DNA of 64,000 nucleotides from Octopus vulgaris (GCA_951406725.2 OX597817.1:55986001-56050000); one strand, 5' to 3'; positions 34,920 through 48,300 are shown, numbered from the stretch's first letter. Program-made: numbers and translations. Notes: a model not told the origin generated them from the sequence alone.

Positions 34920-35152
34920 TTTTAGTCCTTTACTTGTTTCAGTCATTTGGCTGCGGCCATACTGGAGCACCGCCTTTAGTCGAACAAATCGAGCCCAGGA
35001 CTTATTCTTTGTATGCCTACTACATATTCTATCGGAAACTTTTGCCGAACCCCTAAAATACGGGAACATATACACACCAACATAGGTGTCAAGCGATGAT
35101 GGTGGGGACAAACACAGACACACAAACACATTCATACACACACATATACATG

Positions 35153-35188
<36 letters not shown>

Positions 35189-35350
35189 TGGGCTTCTTTT
35201 ATTTTTCCATCAACCAAATCCAGTCACAGGGCTTTGGTCAGCCCAAGGCTATAGTAGCAGACACTTTCCCAGGGTGCCACGCAGTGAGACTGAACTCGGA
35301 ACCACTTTGTTAGGAAGCAAGCTTCTTATCGCACAACCACTGCTGCACCT
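34920..35350 (-). mobile_element. Family A tRNA-derived SINE, full length
   Basis: Tail, internal microsatellite and tRNA-like head all present. Confidence 0.87.
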
Positions 35351-35557
35351 ATATATAAATAACCGTTTAAAGGTTAATCGAAAGCGCTCACACATATGGA
35401 AAAACTTCTTCCAAGAAATCTTAGTAATATCCTGATTAAAAAATTTTATAAATAATTTTTATCCTTTCTATACTTAAGAACTATATTAAGTAATTTTTCA
35501 CACAGACTTTCATATATATATATATATAAATCCGTCTGCGACGTAGATAATTTAATA

Positions 35558-35616
35558 TTTTTATACATATAGAGTCTGACGAGTAGACAGATCGTCAGAC
35601 TCTATATGTATAAAAA
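35558..35616. repeat. 25-bp perfect hairpin with 9-nt loop
   Basis: tttttatacatatagagtctgacga-gtagacaga-tcgtcagactctatatgtataaaaa. Confidence 0.92.
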
Positions 35617-35684
35617 GTCTGTCCACAAGGCTTGGCTTTCTGGTAGCGAAACCTTGGGTAACTCTATATAAAATTTTGCCCACA

Positions 35685-35884
35685 GAAACGTTAGCACGGC
35701 GAGTGAAATGCTTAGCGGTATTTCATCTGACTTTACGTCCTAAGTTCAAATTCAGTCGAGGTTGACTTTGTCATTCATCCTTTCGTGGGGGGGACGATAA
35801 ATTAATTACCAGTTGTGTACTGGGTTGATCTAATTGACTGGCACCCTCCCTCAAAATTTCGGGCCTTGTGCCTAGAGTTGAAAC

Positions 35885-35888
<4 letters not shown>
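35685..35888 (+). mobile_element. Family B SINE, third tail type
   Basis: agaaacgttagcacg...gttcaaattc...ttcatcctttcg...aaaatttcgggccttgtgcctagag. Confidence 0.82.
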
Positions 35889-35935
<47 letters not shown>

Positions 35936-38159
35936 TACATATAAACCAGGATTGGCGCTACGCAGCAGGGGCACTAAAATAGTGGAGGCGACGAACAGCT
36001 TTCGTAGAATTTTCTAATCTGATTAAGAACACAAAATATTAGTAATAAAGAGAGTAGCTGTGGTCACTCCAAGAACGAAAATGGTCGGAGGACATAAGGC
36101 GGATTCGGGAAAGGTTGGTTTGATGCTATGATATGGGAAGAGGTTTGGAGTAAAATATTTCAAATTTTGCCCCATATTACATTTACGAACTCATTGATGT
36201 ACATGATCATAAAACTATAGGTTCCTTTTTAGTAATTTAACCTGATTTTTTCGAGTGTATTTTCCGGCGGGTGAAATGAGGGTCATAGCTAAAGTATTTT
36301 GTAGAAAAAAAAAAGGTGAGTCCGTCCTTGTAAGACCGGGAGTAAGGTAGAACATTGTTGTGCTAGGAGAATATAGAGTACAGTGTGGGATCAGCCCAAG
36401 ATGCTGAATAATCTCTGGCACCGGCCCTGAATATATATAGGATTTAGAAATATATGATTAATGCAAAATATTTCGACTAATGTAACCTGGAGTATCATAC
36501 CACCACAATGTACTCGATAAATATTTAGTAAATTAAAGATATATTTAAAACTGGGTCATATAAAATACAGAAAAGGGGTCAAAGGTCTCAATTAACTAAC
36601 TGAAGTGACCACCCAAACTAGACAACTAGTTGGTGTAGTATTTAGATTGTTCAGCTCATGTTCATTAGGCCAATAGTTCAGTCCCTGCACCGAGCAGCGT
36701 GTTATGTCCTTCGTTTCAAGGCTTTAGTTCATTCAGCTCCAAACGCGTATCTTTCCACCAGTGACTGTGTCACATTGCGGATGTTCCCCTGGGTCAACAG
36801 AGACGAAGCCGAGACGGTGTCTATGTCTGCTCGCGACTAAATGGGTACCTAAAGCAATTAACGAAAGAATGGTACATGTCATCGTAATACTTCTCCTCGA
36901 GTTATGATTGGCTGTAATTTTTTTATTACATTTTATTGTATATACTGGACAAATACGTTGAAGTGATAACCAGCCAAATTGACTACTAACTGGGCATTGA
37001 GCCAAAGTAACAACTGACCGCTGTGACTACCTCTACTGGACAACTCATTAATAACAAGACAGTCTGCACAAGGAATTATCAACGTTCAGTTTATCGACAC
37101 TTTATCACATTATTAAGTTAGCGAAGCATATCACATATTATCTAACTCTATCACATTATCGAAGCATATCGCACGAAGTTGTCTAAGTTTAACACGTTAT
37201 TAAGTTATCAGAGCATACGAAATATTAAGTTATAAATGTTTATTACATTATTATTAAGTTCCAAATGAAATATAGCGACGGCAAATTTACCATTTGCCAA
37301 ACCAAAGAAGTGTTTTGTTTTTTCTGGGTTTTATCTTTTATTTTTTGTGAGGTAGCCCAAGAAGGCGGGGCGGTGCCAATCATATTAATATGGTTGGTTC
37401 TCAGCTTTCAAAATCTTCAGGTCTATAAGTGCAGCAAAAACGCAAAATGAGTAGAGAAGTTCTGTTCCAAATACTAACACCAAACATGTCCTAAGTCAAC
37501 CCTAAGCAAGAAAGCCCTTTTATCTAAGGCCTTTCTTCTGTTGCCGTCCTGCATTTGTTCAAATATGATATTTCTTTGAACTCTATATGATATTCTCCAT
37601 CACGTTCTTCCTTTTTATAAGACAATCGTTGTGACTTGAAAGAGATTTGGCTGCTATCTTTCTGAAGATGAACGACCAAATAGAGACTTGTGATGTATTA
37701 GGAGTAACACTCCTAAAATTAAAAGTCTTGCACAAAGACTCGTTCCCATGATTACAATAAAATATGAAGAATTTTCCTTGTCCTATTTGAGTAGTTTTCC
37801 ATTTATTTTCTTTTTCCTAATCAGATCAACGCATGGCTACCCTAGTTGTGTGATCGATATGAGGGAGATATCGAACAATCAGTCAATCAGTCAATCAACT
37901 AGTGTCTTTTCTAGTGCTGTGATCAACATCAGGTAATTATCAAACAATTAAGTATTGTCTATCCTTGTCATGTCAGCATCAATCAGATATCAATCAATCA
38001 GAGATCAATCAATTCTTATCTTAGTGACCAATATCAACACATATACTACTAGTGACTGTCTATCCTGGTCGTGTGATCAATACTTAACCCAATATCAATC
38101 AGTCACTGGTTGTCTACCGATGTGCTTAACAGCAATCAGATATCAGTCAATCAAGTTAT

Positions 38160-38558
38160 TCTTTTCTACTATAGGCACAAAGCCCGAAACTCTGTGGGAG
38201 GGGCCAGTCGATAAGATCGACCCCAGTACGCAACTGGTACTTAATTTATCGAACCCATAAAGGATGAAAGGCAATGTCGACCTCGGCGGAATTTTAACTC
38301 AGAACGTTAAAAGCAGACGAAATACCTGTTTCTTTACTACCCACAAGGGGCTAAACACAGAGAGGACAAATAAGGACAGACAAACGGATTAAGTCGATTA
38401 TATCGACCCCAGTGCGTGACTGGTACTTAATCTATCGACCCCGAGAGTATGAAAAGCAAAGTCGACCTCGGCGGAATTTGAACTCAGAACGTAACGGCAG
38501 ACGAAATACCGCTAAGCATTTCGCCCGCTGTGCTAACGTTTCTGCCAGCTCACTGCCT
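38160..38558 (-). mobile_element. Dimeric family B SINE (two cores, two different tails)
   Basis: Units at 38160-38326 and 38329-38558; outer duplication cagtcaatcaa on both sides. Confidence 0.85.
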
Positions 38559-38647
38559 TCAGTCAATCAAATATTAGTTACAAAATGTGCTGACTCTTAT
38601 TATTAAATATGAAGATACTTAAATATACTTTAATAACAGATGCGAAG

Positions 38648-38900
38648 GTCTTTGGCCTAGTGGTTAGAAATGTTGGACTCCCGATCATAATCTCGCGGTT
38701 TCGATTACCGAGCAGCGCATTGTGTTCATGTGCAAAAACTGCATTTTATGATGATTCAGTTTACTCAGCCGAAAATATGTGCCAGTAGCTGTTGGGGTTT
38801 AATCCCACGAACGACAGGTGTCCCGTTCAGGTTAGAAGGTTTTGCCCTCGGTCGCTTTAGAGGTAATAGAAATCGAAATGAGGAACAGCCTAATAAGTTT
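38648..38900 (+). mobile_element. Family C tRNA-derived SINE (V-SINE-like), degenerate
   Basis: tggcctagtggttag...ggtttcgatt...tgtgttc.tg.gcaa. Confidence 0.55.
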
Positions 38901-39424
38901 AAAGGTTTTTAACAAACTTTTGGACTTATTTTATACAGCGACAACCATCAATAAAAACGTGTTTTTTTGCCAATAAACACCTATTTCAGTGATATATCTC
39001 CACCGACTAGTTATTTTTAAATTTTTTTAATTTTTTTATTTTAGCTGCTTAGAATTAAGTCAGCTCTATCAGAGCTGACCTTTGTTCACAGGAATTCCAG
39101 CTGTGACCGTCTCGTCTGTTTTCTTATGTGCTGGGAGTCTAGGAGAACATTACCTAACGTGGCCTTCTTTTCGAATCGATAAAGTTGAGCAGGATTTAGC
39201 TGCTACATCTAGTAGATAAGCGATCATAATCACATAATATATATGGTTCAACACACACACAAACACACACATAAACACATACACACGCATAGGAAGTTGG
39301 TGGATTAACAGAATCGCTAGATTGACAAAAACGTATTGTGGTATTTATAAAAAGGTTATTTTCTGAGTTCAAATACCGTTGCTGTCAATTTAGCCTTTCA
39401 TCAAGCCATGGTTCACAAAATATA

Positions 39425-39620
39425 TTCCTGTCTACTAAAGGCACAAGGCTTAACAGTTTGGAGAATAGGAGATAACATCAGCCCAACTGGCACTTATATT
39501 ATCGACCCCGAAAAATGAAAGGCAAATCGACCGCAGTGGTATTTGAACTCAGAACGTAATTACGGACGAAATGCCGCTAAGCATTTTGCCTGGCGTGCTA
39601 ACGATACAGCCAGCTCATCG
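39425..39620 (-). mobile_element. Family B SINE
   Basis: ttatcgaccccgaaa..tgaaaggcaa...atttgaactcagaacgta...gctaagcattt. Confidence 0.8.
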
Positions 39621-40142
39621 CTGATAAGATGTATCACAAATAGTTTATGACTGAGGTCGGTGCGGGAGCTTCTTCCCACTCTCTTTCATGTTTAGGGTAT
39701 TAAATATCTGATAGACACCATTACAAAGGCTTATTTAATCAATATATAAAATACGTTTACAAAACCTTGATCTTGTTTTAACCGAATGAAATTTAGATGC
39801 TTCTCGACAAAGCTAAATCTATATGTTTGGCCTAGGAGAAAGATGTGAGAAAGGAAAACGAACGAATGAAGAAAAAATAAAAAGTTGCAGAAAATAAGAG
39901 ACAAATGAAAGAAATGAACGGCTGATTGTTAGGGCATTGTGTTAATTAGACCAGCATTAACAGCGCATCTGGCAAATTTCCTTCAAATCTATTTCTGAAC
40001 GTAAGTTGTTTAGACATAGAAAAGTATATATATATATATATATATATACGTTTATTTTTTTCTTCATTCAACAGTCGATGCCATGATTTTTATTTAATTT
40101 CCTTTTTTCGTTAATTTTCATATTTGTTTTGTATTTGTGGAT

Positions 40143-40259
40143 TTGGCTGTGTGGTAAGAAGTATGCTTCCAGGCTCAGTTCCATCAGGTGGAACCTTCAT
40201 CAAGTGTCTTCTATAGCCTCGGTACGATTTGGGAGGAAGAAACTGCGAGAAGCCCGTCG

Positions 40260-40310
<51 letters not shown>

Positions 40311-40460
40311 TCCACCACCGCTTGACAAACGGTGTTAGTGTGTTTAGGAACCCGTAACTTCGGCAAAATAAACCGATAGAATAAGAACCAAGTTTTAAAA
40401 AATTACGTGCTCCGGTCGATTCATACAACTAAAAATCTTCAGAGCGTTGCCCCAGTATAT
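40143..40460 (+). mobile_element. Family A SINE
   Basis: tggctgtgtggtaagaagt...caagtgtcttctatagcctcgg...gaagcccgtcg(TA/TG)n...cgcttgacaa. Confidence 0.8.
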
Positions 40461-41165
40461 ATGCAAATATGTGTGTATATATATGTGTCTATAGATAGAT
40501 AGATAGATAGAGCATGGTGCTTTTATCCTTCGGTAGAATTACCATTATCTGAAAAACCTCCAAATATTGATATTATTTCGAGTTAAAGAACGACGCAGAA
40601 TATGGAAAAGTCCAGTAGGGTTGCGGGAGGCTCTCTGGAAATATACAGCTGTTGCGATCTACGCGTTGAAGCCATTAATTGTTGATTGTAAAATCATTCT
40701 CCCTTTTTTAAGCGAAAACTAAAGTGAACCAAACCACCGCCATATTTCTGTTAACTATTTTCATGAAATCCGCGTGTCGCACAACAAGGGGTCTTCTTTA
40801 CTGGATAAACATTGCTGCCCGTTTGTAAAAAAAAAAAAAAAAGAGCCCTATATCGTAGGGGTGGCTGTTGCAAGAATGTCTTTGGCCATTCTCCGCGTCA
40901 ACGCCCTTGCAATAATATCCGCGAGTTGCGGTTAAACACATCAATTGCTCTGAGGAACACAACCTGTTACTCCGTTCCGTATTTTCTGCTGCTTAATTCT
41001 GCTCCCCACCTTTCAAAGTGATGCTATCTGAACATTACAAAATGCGTTAGAATTCTTTAGCAAAAATGAATATTTTCTTCGTATATAGCAACCAACAGTA
41101 TAAATATCTTAAATTTACGTATTACATTACATAATATAAATAAATATATGCGTGTGTGTGTGTAA

Positions 41166-41295
41166 TGGCGCGTGGCCTAGTGAGTAGGGGTGATTTTGTG
41201 GTTTCGATTCTCAGACCGGGTTATGTGGTGTGTTCTTGAGCAAAAAACTTCATTTCACGTTTGGCCCAGTCCATTCAGCTGTAAACGGGTACCTC
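41166..41295 (+). mobile_element. Family C SINE fragment
   Basis: ggcgcgtggcctagtg...gtttcgattc...gttcttgagcaa. Confidence 0.55.
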
Positions 41296-41349
41296 TGCCT
41301 TCCTACCAGGGCGAAGGTTGACCTGTTCACCTACATATATTTATATATA

Positions 41350-41394
<45 letters not shown>

Positions 41395-41682
41395 GTGTGT
41401 GTGTGCATGTGTTGGATTCATATGTATGCACACATATATATGTGTGTGTGTATATGTATGTATATATATATATGCATACACATGCTCGTGCGTACTAGCT
41501 TATACTGATGTATAACGCATATGATTGCTGACTCCAGGCTGACGTGACGCGAAACAGAAACAACAGCAACAACAACAACAACAATATCAGGACTATAACC
41601 AAAACAACCATTTAAATTCCATCAATAACAGGAAATTCTGAAGAATTATTAATGAATCGCAGATCGATACAAATTATTTAGT

Positions 41683-41708
41683 GTTGCCATAGTAACGGCC
41701 ATTTGCAT
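41683..41708 (+). promoter_or_regulatory. Candidate RFX X-box plus adjacent POU octamer
   Basis: GTTGCCATAGTAAC fits GTNRCC-N0-3-RGYAAC; ATTTGCAT lies 4 bp downstream, in non-repeat sequence. Confidence 0.35.
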
Positions 41709-42054
41709 AGTCGGCATGCCTTTGTAGTTGGTAACTCATTTTTTTTGTCAGGAATTGCAAGATGTCTGGGTCATTAACTGGGTGATTAATGGGTGCTTAC
41801 GCGCGCGCGTGTGTGTGTGTATGTGCATGTGCGTGTGTGAGTGTGTGTGTGTGTGTGCGTTTGTGTATGCTCTTCGTTATGTGAGGATTATTACAAGCAC
41901 ACATATGTGCCGCTGGGCTGGGTGCCTCGATTATGTGGGGAGAGGGATTTAATACAAATGCATTGTGATTTCAGTGGATATATATGTGTATATGTATGTA
42001 TATTTATGTGTATATATGTGTATATATGTATGTATATTTATGTGTATATATAAG

Positions 42055-42090
<36 letters not shown>

Positions 42091-42543
42091 AGGATTAAAT
42101 GCATGTTTGCATATGTAAGTGCGTATATATGTGTGCGTATGCATATGTGTGTGTGTACACACTTATAAATGCAAAAATGCATTTAATCATGTGTGCGTGC
42201 ATGACAAAACGCACACACACATACACACACACACACACAGACGCACTCGCACACATTTACACATACCGACACTACATATGCACGCGTGTGCACGCGCGTG
42301 CGTGCGTGCGTGTGTGTGTGTGTGTAATGGTTGTTTTCGCCAAAGCGGAAACTTTGTCTAACTGTAACGAGACCTATTTATCGAAGGCATGAAATTAGAT
42401 TGAATAAGGAACAAGGCCAAGTAATTAGGTCTCCTTTTTCTGTCGCCATATTCTCTGCGTATCTGTGTGTGTGTAATTTTGTAATTTGTATGTATATATA
42501 TATATTCATATGTGCGTGTGTGTGTGTATTACGTAGATATATT

Positions 42544-42589
<46 letters not shown>

Positions 42590-42592
<3 letters not shown>

Positions 42593-42974
42593 TCTTTTAC
42601 TTGTTTTAGTCATTTGACTGCGGTCATGCTGGAGCACCGCCTTTAGTCGAGCAAATCGACTCCGGGACTTATTCTTTGTAAGGCCAGTACTTATTCTACC
42701 GGTCTCTTTTTGCCGAACCGCTAAGTGACGGGGACGTAAACACACCAGCATCGGTTGTCAAGCAATGCTAGGAGGACAAACACAGACACACAAACACACA
42801 CACATACATATACATATATGCGACAGGCTTCTTTCAGTTTCCGTCTACCAAATCGACTCACAAGGCATTGGTCGGTCCGGGGCTATAGCAGAAGGCACTT
42901 GCCCAAGATGCCACGCAGTGGGACTGAACCCGGAACCATGTGGTTGGTTAGCAAGCTACTTACCACACAGCCAC
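42590..42974 (-). mobile_element. Family A SINE, full length, young
   Basis: Complete: head gtggctgtgtggtaagtag..ccgggttcagtccc; tail ggcggtgctccagcatgaccgcagtcaaatgact. Confidence 0.9.
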
Positions 42975-43279
42975 ATTACTATATATAAGATGTGTATGTA
43001 TTTATTTATGTATATCTATTCATTATCTATTTATCTTTCTCTCTCTCTCTCTCTCTTTCCCCCCCTCTCTCTCCCTACCTATTTAGCAATATATCCATCA
43101 ATATGTGTGTGTGTGTGTGTGTGTGTGCTTGTGCATTTATATATTTGTATGTATATATCTATCTATATATATATTTATACAAATAAGGATGAGATCGATA
43201 TATAAATACCGATCTTATCAGGTGGCCAGCATGGGAATAAAAATAATAAAAACCTTTCAAAAGTAATAATTATTTATAA

Positions 43280-43451
43280 TTATAATTTAGGGTATCTGAG
43301 AGATACCACCATGCTGGAAATAGCAGCCAAAACTTGACTCTAAAATGTATGAACATTGCACTCTCCTGGTGCTGTATGAATATTTAATGCGGCTTTAGAG
43401 TCAAGTTTTGACTGCTATTTCCAGCGTGATGGTATCTCTTAGATATCCTAA

Positions 43452-43458
<7 letters not shown>
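43280..43458. repeat. Fold-back element: ~65-bp imperfect inverted repeats
   Basis: ttataatttaggg.tatct.agagatacca.ca.gctggaaatagcag.caaaacttgactctaaa and its reverse complement at 43394-43458. Confidence 0.85.
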
Positions 43459-43520
<62 letters not shown>

Positions 43521-44292
43521 AAGAGGATGGGAGACTCGAACACACACACACATACACACTTTGCATTTTAATTTTTGCGTCTTCTTTTTTATAAATGGTT
43601 TTACAAATTATATTTTAAAATTACATATATGCGTGTTTGTTGTTCATGTAATTAGTCTAAGCGTTTTCATTTGTGCATGTGTGCGTGTGTGTATGTGTGT
43701 GAATCTACGCGTTTTCATCTGTGTGTGTGTGCATGTGTATGTGTGTGTGTGTGTGAGAGAGAGAGAGTTTTCTTTTTTAACCGTAAGCGGGTCGAACGTT
43801 GTTAAGTCTCGTACCGTTATTCCTATTCCATAAAAAACGAATGTTCGTTTTTGGCTGGTGAAACACAAAAGATAATTGACAAAAATAGAATTCATTTCTG
43901 CTAATATAGCAATTAGATGTTAGTAGCTCAACACAAACAAGAGAAGTTTAGGCAAGACAATAAGCCGTATGTTAATTTGGAATGCATTAACTGGTAATGG
44001 AAAGTCTATGGCGGCTGTGTGCATGCATGTGTGTGTGTGTGTTTATGAGAGAAAGCGCGAGAGAGGGGGGGCGAAGAGGTGAGTGTGGTGGGTGAGAGCA
44101 GGAAATTTCAATGGGAGATGTAAATATAAACGGTTTTTTCTGTTTTTTTTTTTTTGTTTTGTTTTGAGGTTGGGGTTCGGGCTGTCTAAAAACGAAACTG
44201 AAAGTAGCGATAAATAATAGATACAAATTTAATTGGCATGCGAGACAGGAAACCGACATTATTGTAATGGAGCCAACGACGTAACCTATATC

Positions 44293-44554
44293 TTTGGGTT
44301 CAAATTGCTAGATATAGCAGTGAAATCTTCCTCACATCAATTATATATATAATTATTTATTTATTTAGAATATAATTCACATTGTATAAATGTGTATTGC
44401 TATCGAACTAGTCCAGTGACCTACGAGGTTTGGGTTCAAATTGTTAGATATAGCAGTCAAATCTTCCTCACATCAATATATATAATTATTTATTTATTTA
44501 GAATGTAAGTCACATTGTATAAATGTGTATTGCCATCGAACTAGTCAAGTGACC
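44293..44554 (+). repeat. Direct tandem duplication, ~136-bp period
   Basis: tttgggttcaaattg...gaactagtc.agtgacc occurs twice. Confidence 0.9.
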
Positions 44555-44662
44555 AACGTCGTCATTAAACCGGGTAGAAACAGCAGCTACCCAATCTCAC
44601 TCAACTTTCAAACTTCTGTCCGGGAAGAATGGGTGCATTTTTCTCTTCGCTATCGTGTAGAT

Positions 44663-44912
44663 CAGTGTTTGTCTTTTGCCTCTGTACCCTTTTGATCCCT
44701 ATTTTATTCCCCTGGACCCTCCTAACCATTCGATGTTTCAAAAATCGTTTTATATTTTCGTAAATGAATATTATTAGGAACTGCTTAAAAAAAAATCCTT
44801 AAAATATTTTGTGTATTGTCGAAGTATAAACGATTTATTGCGCATATATTTTAGCAATAAAATCTTATGTGGAAACCTCAAGGATCATGTTGGTCCTTGT
44901 TTAGAAACTCTG
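44663..44912. mobile_element. hAT-type MITE inserted in a family D repeat
   Basis: Ends cagtgttt / gaaactctg; 8-bp TSD gtgtagat/gtgtacat. Confidence 0.6.
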
Positions 44913-45088
44913 GTGTACATGGAAAACAACATAAAAGAAAAGTGATGGACATGATTGGCGTACATTTCCATCACATGTCTGATTACCTGCAGCTGAGCTG
45001 GAACTAAGCAACAACTCGTACAACATAACGCTGTCTGAATACATAGCTATATAATTTTTTGAAAAACCAGAAAAAATAGATGATTATA

Positions 45089-45320
45089 TTTCTTTATTGC
45101 CAAACAAGGGGCTAAACATAGAGGGGACAGACAAGGACAGACAAACGCATTAAGTCGATTACATCGACCCCAGTGCGTAACTGGTACTTTATTTATCAAC
45201 CCAGAAAGGATGAAAGGCAAAGTCGACCTCGGCGGAATTTGAACTCAGAACGTAACGGCAGACGAAATACGTCTACGCATATCGCCCGGCGTGCTAATGT
45301 TTCTGTCAGCTCGCCGCCTT
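45089..45320 (-). mobile_element. Family B SINE with Tx1-like tail, full length
   Basis: tttctttattgcc...ctaaacatagagggg...gctcgccgcc; flanking gaaaaa.tagatg duplication. Confidence 0.88.
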
Positions 45321-45981
45321 CCGGAAAAATTAGATGTATAGTTACAGTGGAATGTGCTTTTGTTTTTTTATTGAAAACGCTCTATTTCAATTTTCGATTT
45401 GTAGCTAACATGATTACTATAGAGATAGTATCGATTTTTTACCAAGAGTTATGTGGAAGTAGATATTACAAGGGCAAGTTCACGAATGAAGCTATTTCAA
45501 TGGGCAACCTTGAAATTATGTCGCCACCGGCCGGGTAGATCGTTCCTGTTGCCTAGAGCCAGATGTGAGCCAGATGTAACCCGTTGCCCTGTTTAACACC
45601 CGGGTTGCTTGTTGTAGAATGCATTCATCTGAAAGTAGTTTGACGATGTCTCCAGTCTAGCGATTTCTCATGACTCGTGGCTCCCGATTCGGTCAATGCA
45701 CCGTCCTAGAAAGAGTAATATTAATGATGTTTGTTCCGGATTCGACGTTCAGAATTCGCTTCATAACGACGTTAATGTCTGACTATCAAATACCATTCAC
45801 TAGGGCGCCAGCAATGAAGTGGGGAGAAGAGACTCACTACAGTAGCTATTACTTGAGATGCGACCACCCCTTCGTAATAGTAATAAATGGCTAAATATAT
45901 ATATTTTAATAAATATAGAAATAAAATTAAACAATACACAAACATATATGTGTGTGTTGTCTCTGTCAACAATATTCTTAG

Positions 45982-46358
45982 TTTTTTACTCTTTTGCTTG
46001 TTTCAGTCATTTGACTGCGGCCATGCTGGAGCACCGCCTTTGGTCGAGCAAATCGACCCCAGAGCTTATTCTTCGTAGGCCTAGTACTTATTCTATCGGA
46101 TATCTTTTGCCGAACCGCTAAGCTACGAGGACGTAAACACGCCATCATCGGTTGTCAAGCGATGTTCACACTCACATACATATCTATAAATATACATATA
46201 AGACGGGCTTCTTTCAGTTTCCGTCTACCAAATCCACTCACAAGGCTTTGGTTGGCCCGAGAGTATAGTAGAAGACACTTGCCCAAGGTGCCACGCTGTG
46301 GGACTAAACCCCGAACCATGTGGTTGTTAAGCAAGCTTAATGCCACACAGCCACGCCT
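45982..46358 (-). mobile_element. Family A SINE, full length
   Basis: Same layout as 42590-42974. Confidence 0.88.
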
Positions 46359-46360
46359 AA

Positions 46361-46393
<33 letters not shown>

Positions 46394-46787
46394 AACTCCC
46401 TAGCAATGAGGGAAGGCAAAATTACAGGGATAGACTCAGTGCCAGTGCCAGTGTGAGGGAGGATTAATCTTACTCTTCTAGAATTCTGTTATTCTGCTAT
46501 TCTTTCATTCTTTCATTCTTTTAATAGTTTCAGTCCGAGGACTGCGGCCATGCTGGATCACCGCCTTAATTTATTTTCCTATCGGTTTTGTTGTCGCTTT
46601 ACGGCAGGAAGTTGGTCTATGACAGAGTCTGTAGCAGCTGTTCTTCCCTCGGTGTATCCTTGAATGGTTGACTAATCCGGAATGGTTACGGTACTCCGGA
46701 ACGGTACTCTGTACTTTGATTTGGTGACGTTTGATTTAGTGCTGCTGAGAATTAACATCAGCGAAACCCTAACACTAGTAGTAGTAA

Positions 46788-46829
<42 letters not shown>

Positions 46830-47547
46830 CAGAAATCCTTGTTCCTATTCTGTTTCATATCTTAGAAGATTTATTTTCTCTTCCAACCACCCCGCCGTCC
46901 GCCTTACACCACTACCACCACCAACATCCTCTCCAGTCCCATCAGCCATTCTTTCTCTCGTTATTTGTCTTTCTTCCCCATCATTCCACCACCACCACCA
47001 CCACCACCACCATCACCACCACTCCCACTACCGCCGGCCATTTACATTTTAAAAAAAAATCTAGATTTTGCTCCTGTCGTATTTTTTTTAATATTTTGTT
47101 TGATTTCATTATATATTTTTATATTTTAATTTATAGTAATTTCATTGTCTCTTGCTGGATCTGGTGGTTGTTGTTGTTGTTGTTAGTAGTAATGGTCATG
47201 GTGGTGGTGGTGGTGGTGGTGGTGTATTCGCCGTTCTTCCTTCGTCTTCGGTGTATTCCTTCGTCTTCGGTGTCATGGAGAGAGACAGACACCCAGACAG
47301 ACAGACAGACAGACAGACAGACGGACAGGCAAGGCAGGCAGACAGACAGACTGTCTCCCTCACTCATTAACAAAACTTGATTGACTGCATGCCTGTGCGT
47401 CTGTGCGTCTGCGCGACTGATTTATCTGTCCGCCTGTCTGCCTGTCTGTCTGTCTCTGCCTGACAGCTTGTCTGTGTGTCACTCAGTCTCTTTCGCTCCG
47501 TTCATTTATCTCCACCCCCCTTACACCAAACTCCCTACCCCACCACC

Positions 47548-47599
<52 letters not shown>

Positions 47600-47879
47600 C
47601 ATGTTATCCATGTCGGATGCCTAAAAATAGAGCAGGCTCCATTCATCATATTAGGAATGCATCGGCTTTTGTTTTGGAGGACAATTTTTTTTTTATACTC
47701 ATCGGATCTGATCACGTCTTCTTGAAAGGGTTTGCTTTGTTCTTGGTGGTGGTGGTGGTGGTGCTGCTGCTCTTTATTGGTGATGGTGGTGGTGATGCTG
47801 TTGTTGTTGGTGGTGGTGGTGGTGGCGGTGGGATAGTGGTGTGGTGGTGGTGGTGGTGGTTGAGATTCTTTTTATTCTT

Positions 47880-48113
47880 TTATTCTTTTACTTGCTTCAG
47901 ACATTTGACTGCGGCCAGCCTGGAGCACTGCCTTTTAGTCGAACAAATCGAGCCCAGGACTTAGTTATTTGTAAGCCTAGTACTCATTCTGTCGGTCTCT
48001 TTTGCCGAACCGTTAAGGTAATGGGACGTAAACACACCATCACAGGTTTTCAAGCGATGGTTGGGAACAAACACAGACACACAAACGCACACACATACAC
48101 ACATATATACGTG

Positions 48114-48157
<44 letters not shown>

Positions 48158-48300
48158 TGTATGTATGTATTATGTATACGACGGGATTCTTTCAGTTTCT
48201 GAGGCTATAGTAGAAGATACTTGACCAAGGTGCCACGCAGTGGGACCGAAACTGGAACAATGCGGTTGGAAAGCAAGCTTCTTACCACACAGCCACTCCT
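47880..48300 (-). mobile_element. Family A SINE
   Basis: Tail, internal microsatellite and head, with a small internal deletion. Confidence 0.85.
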
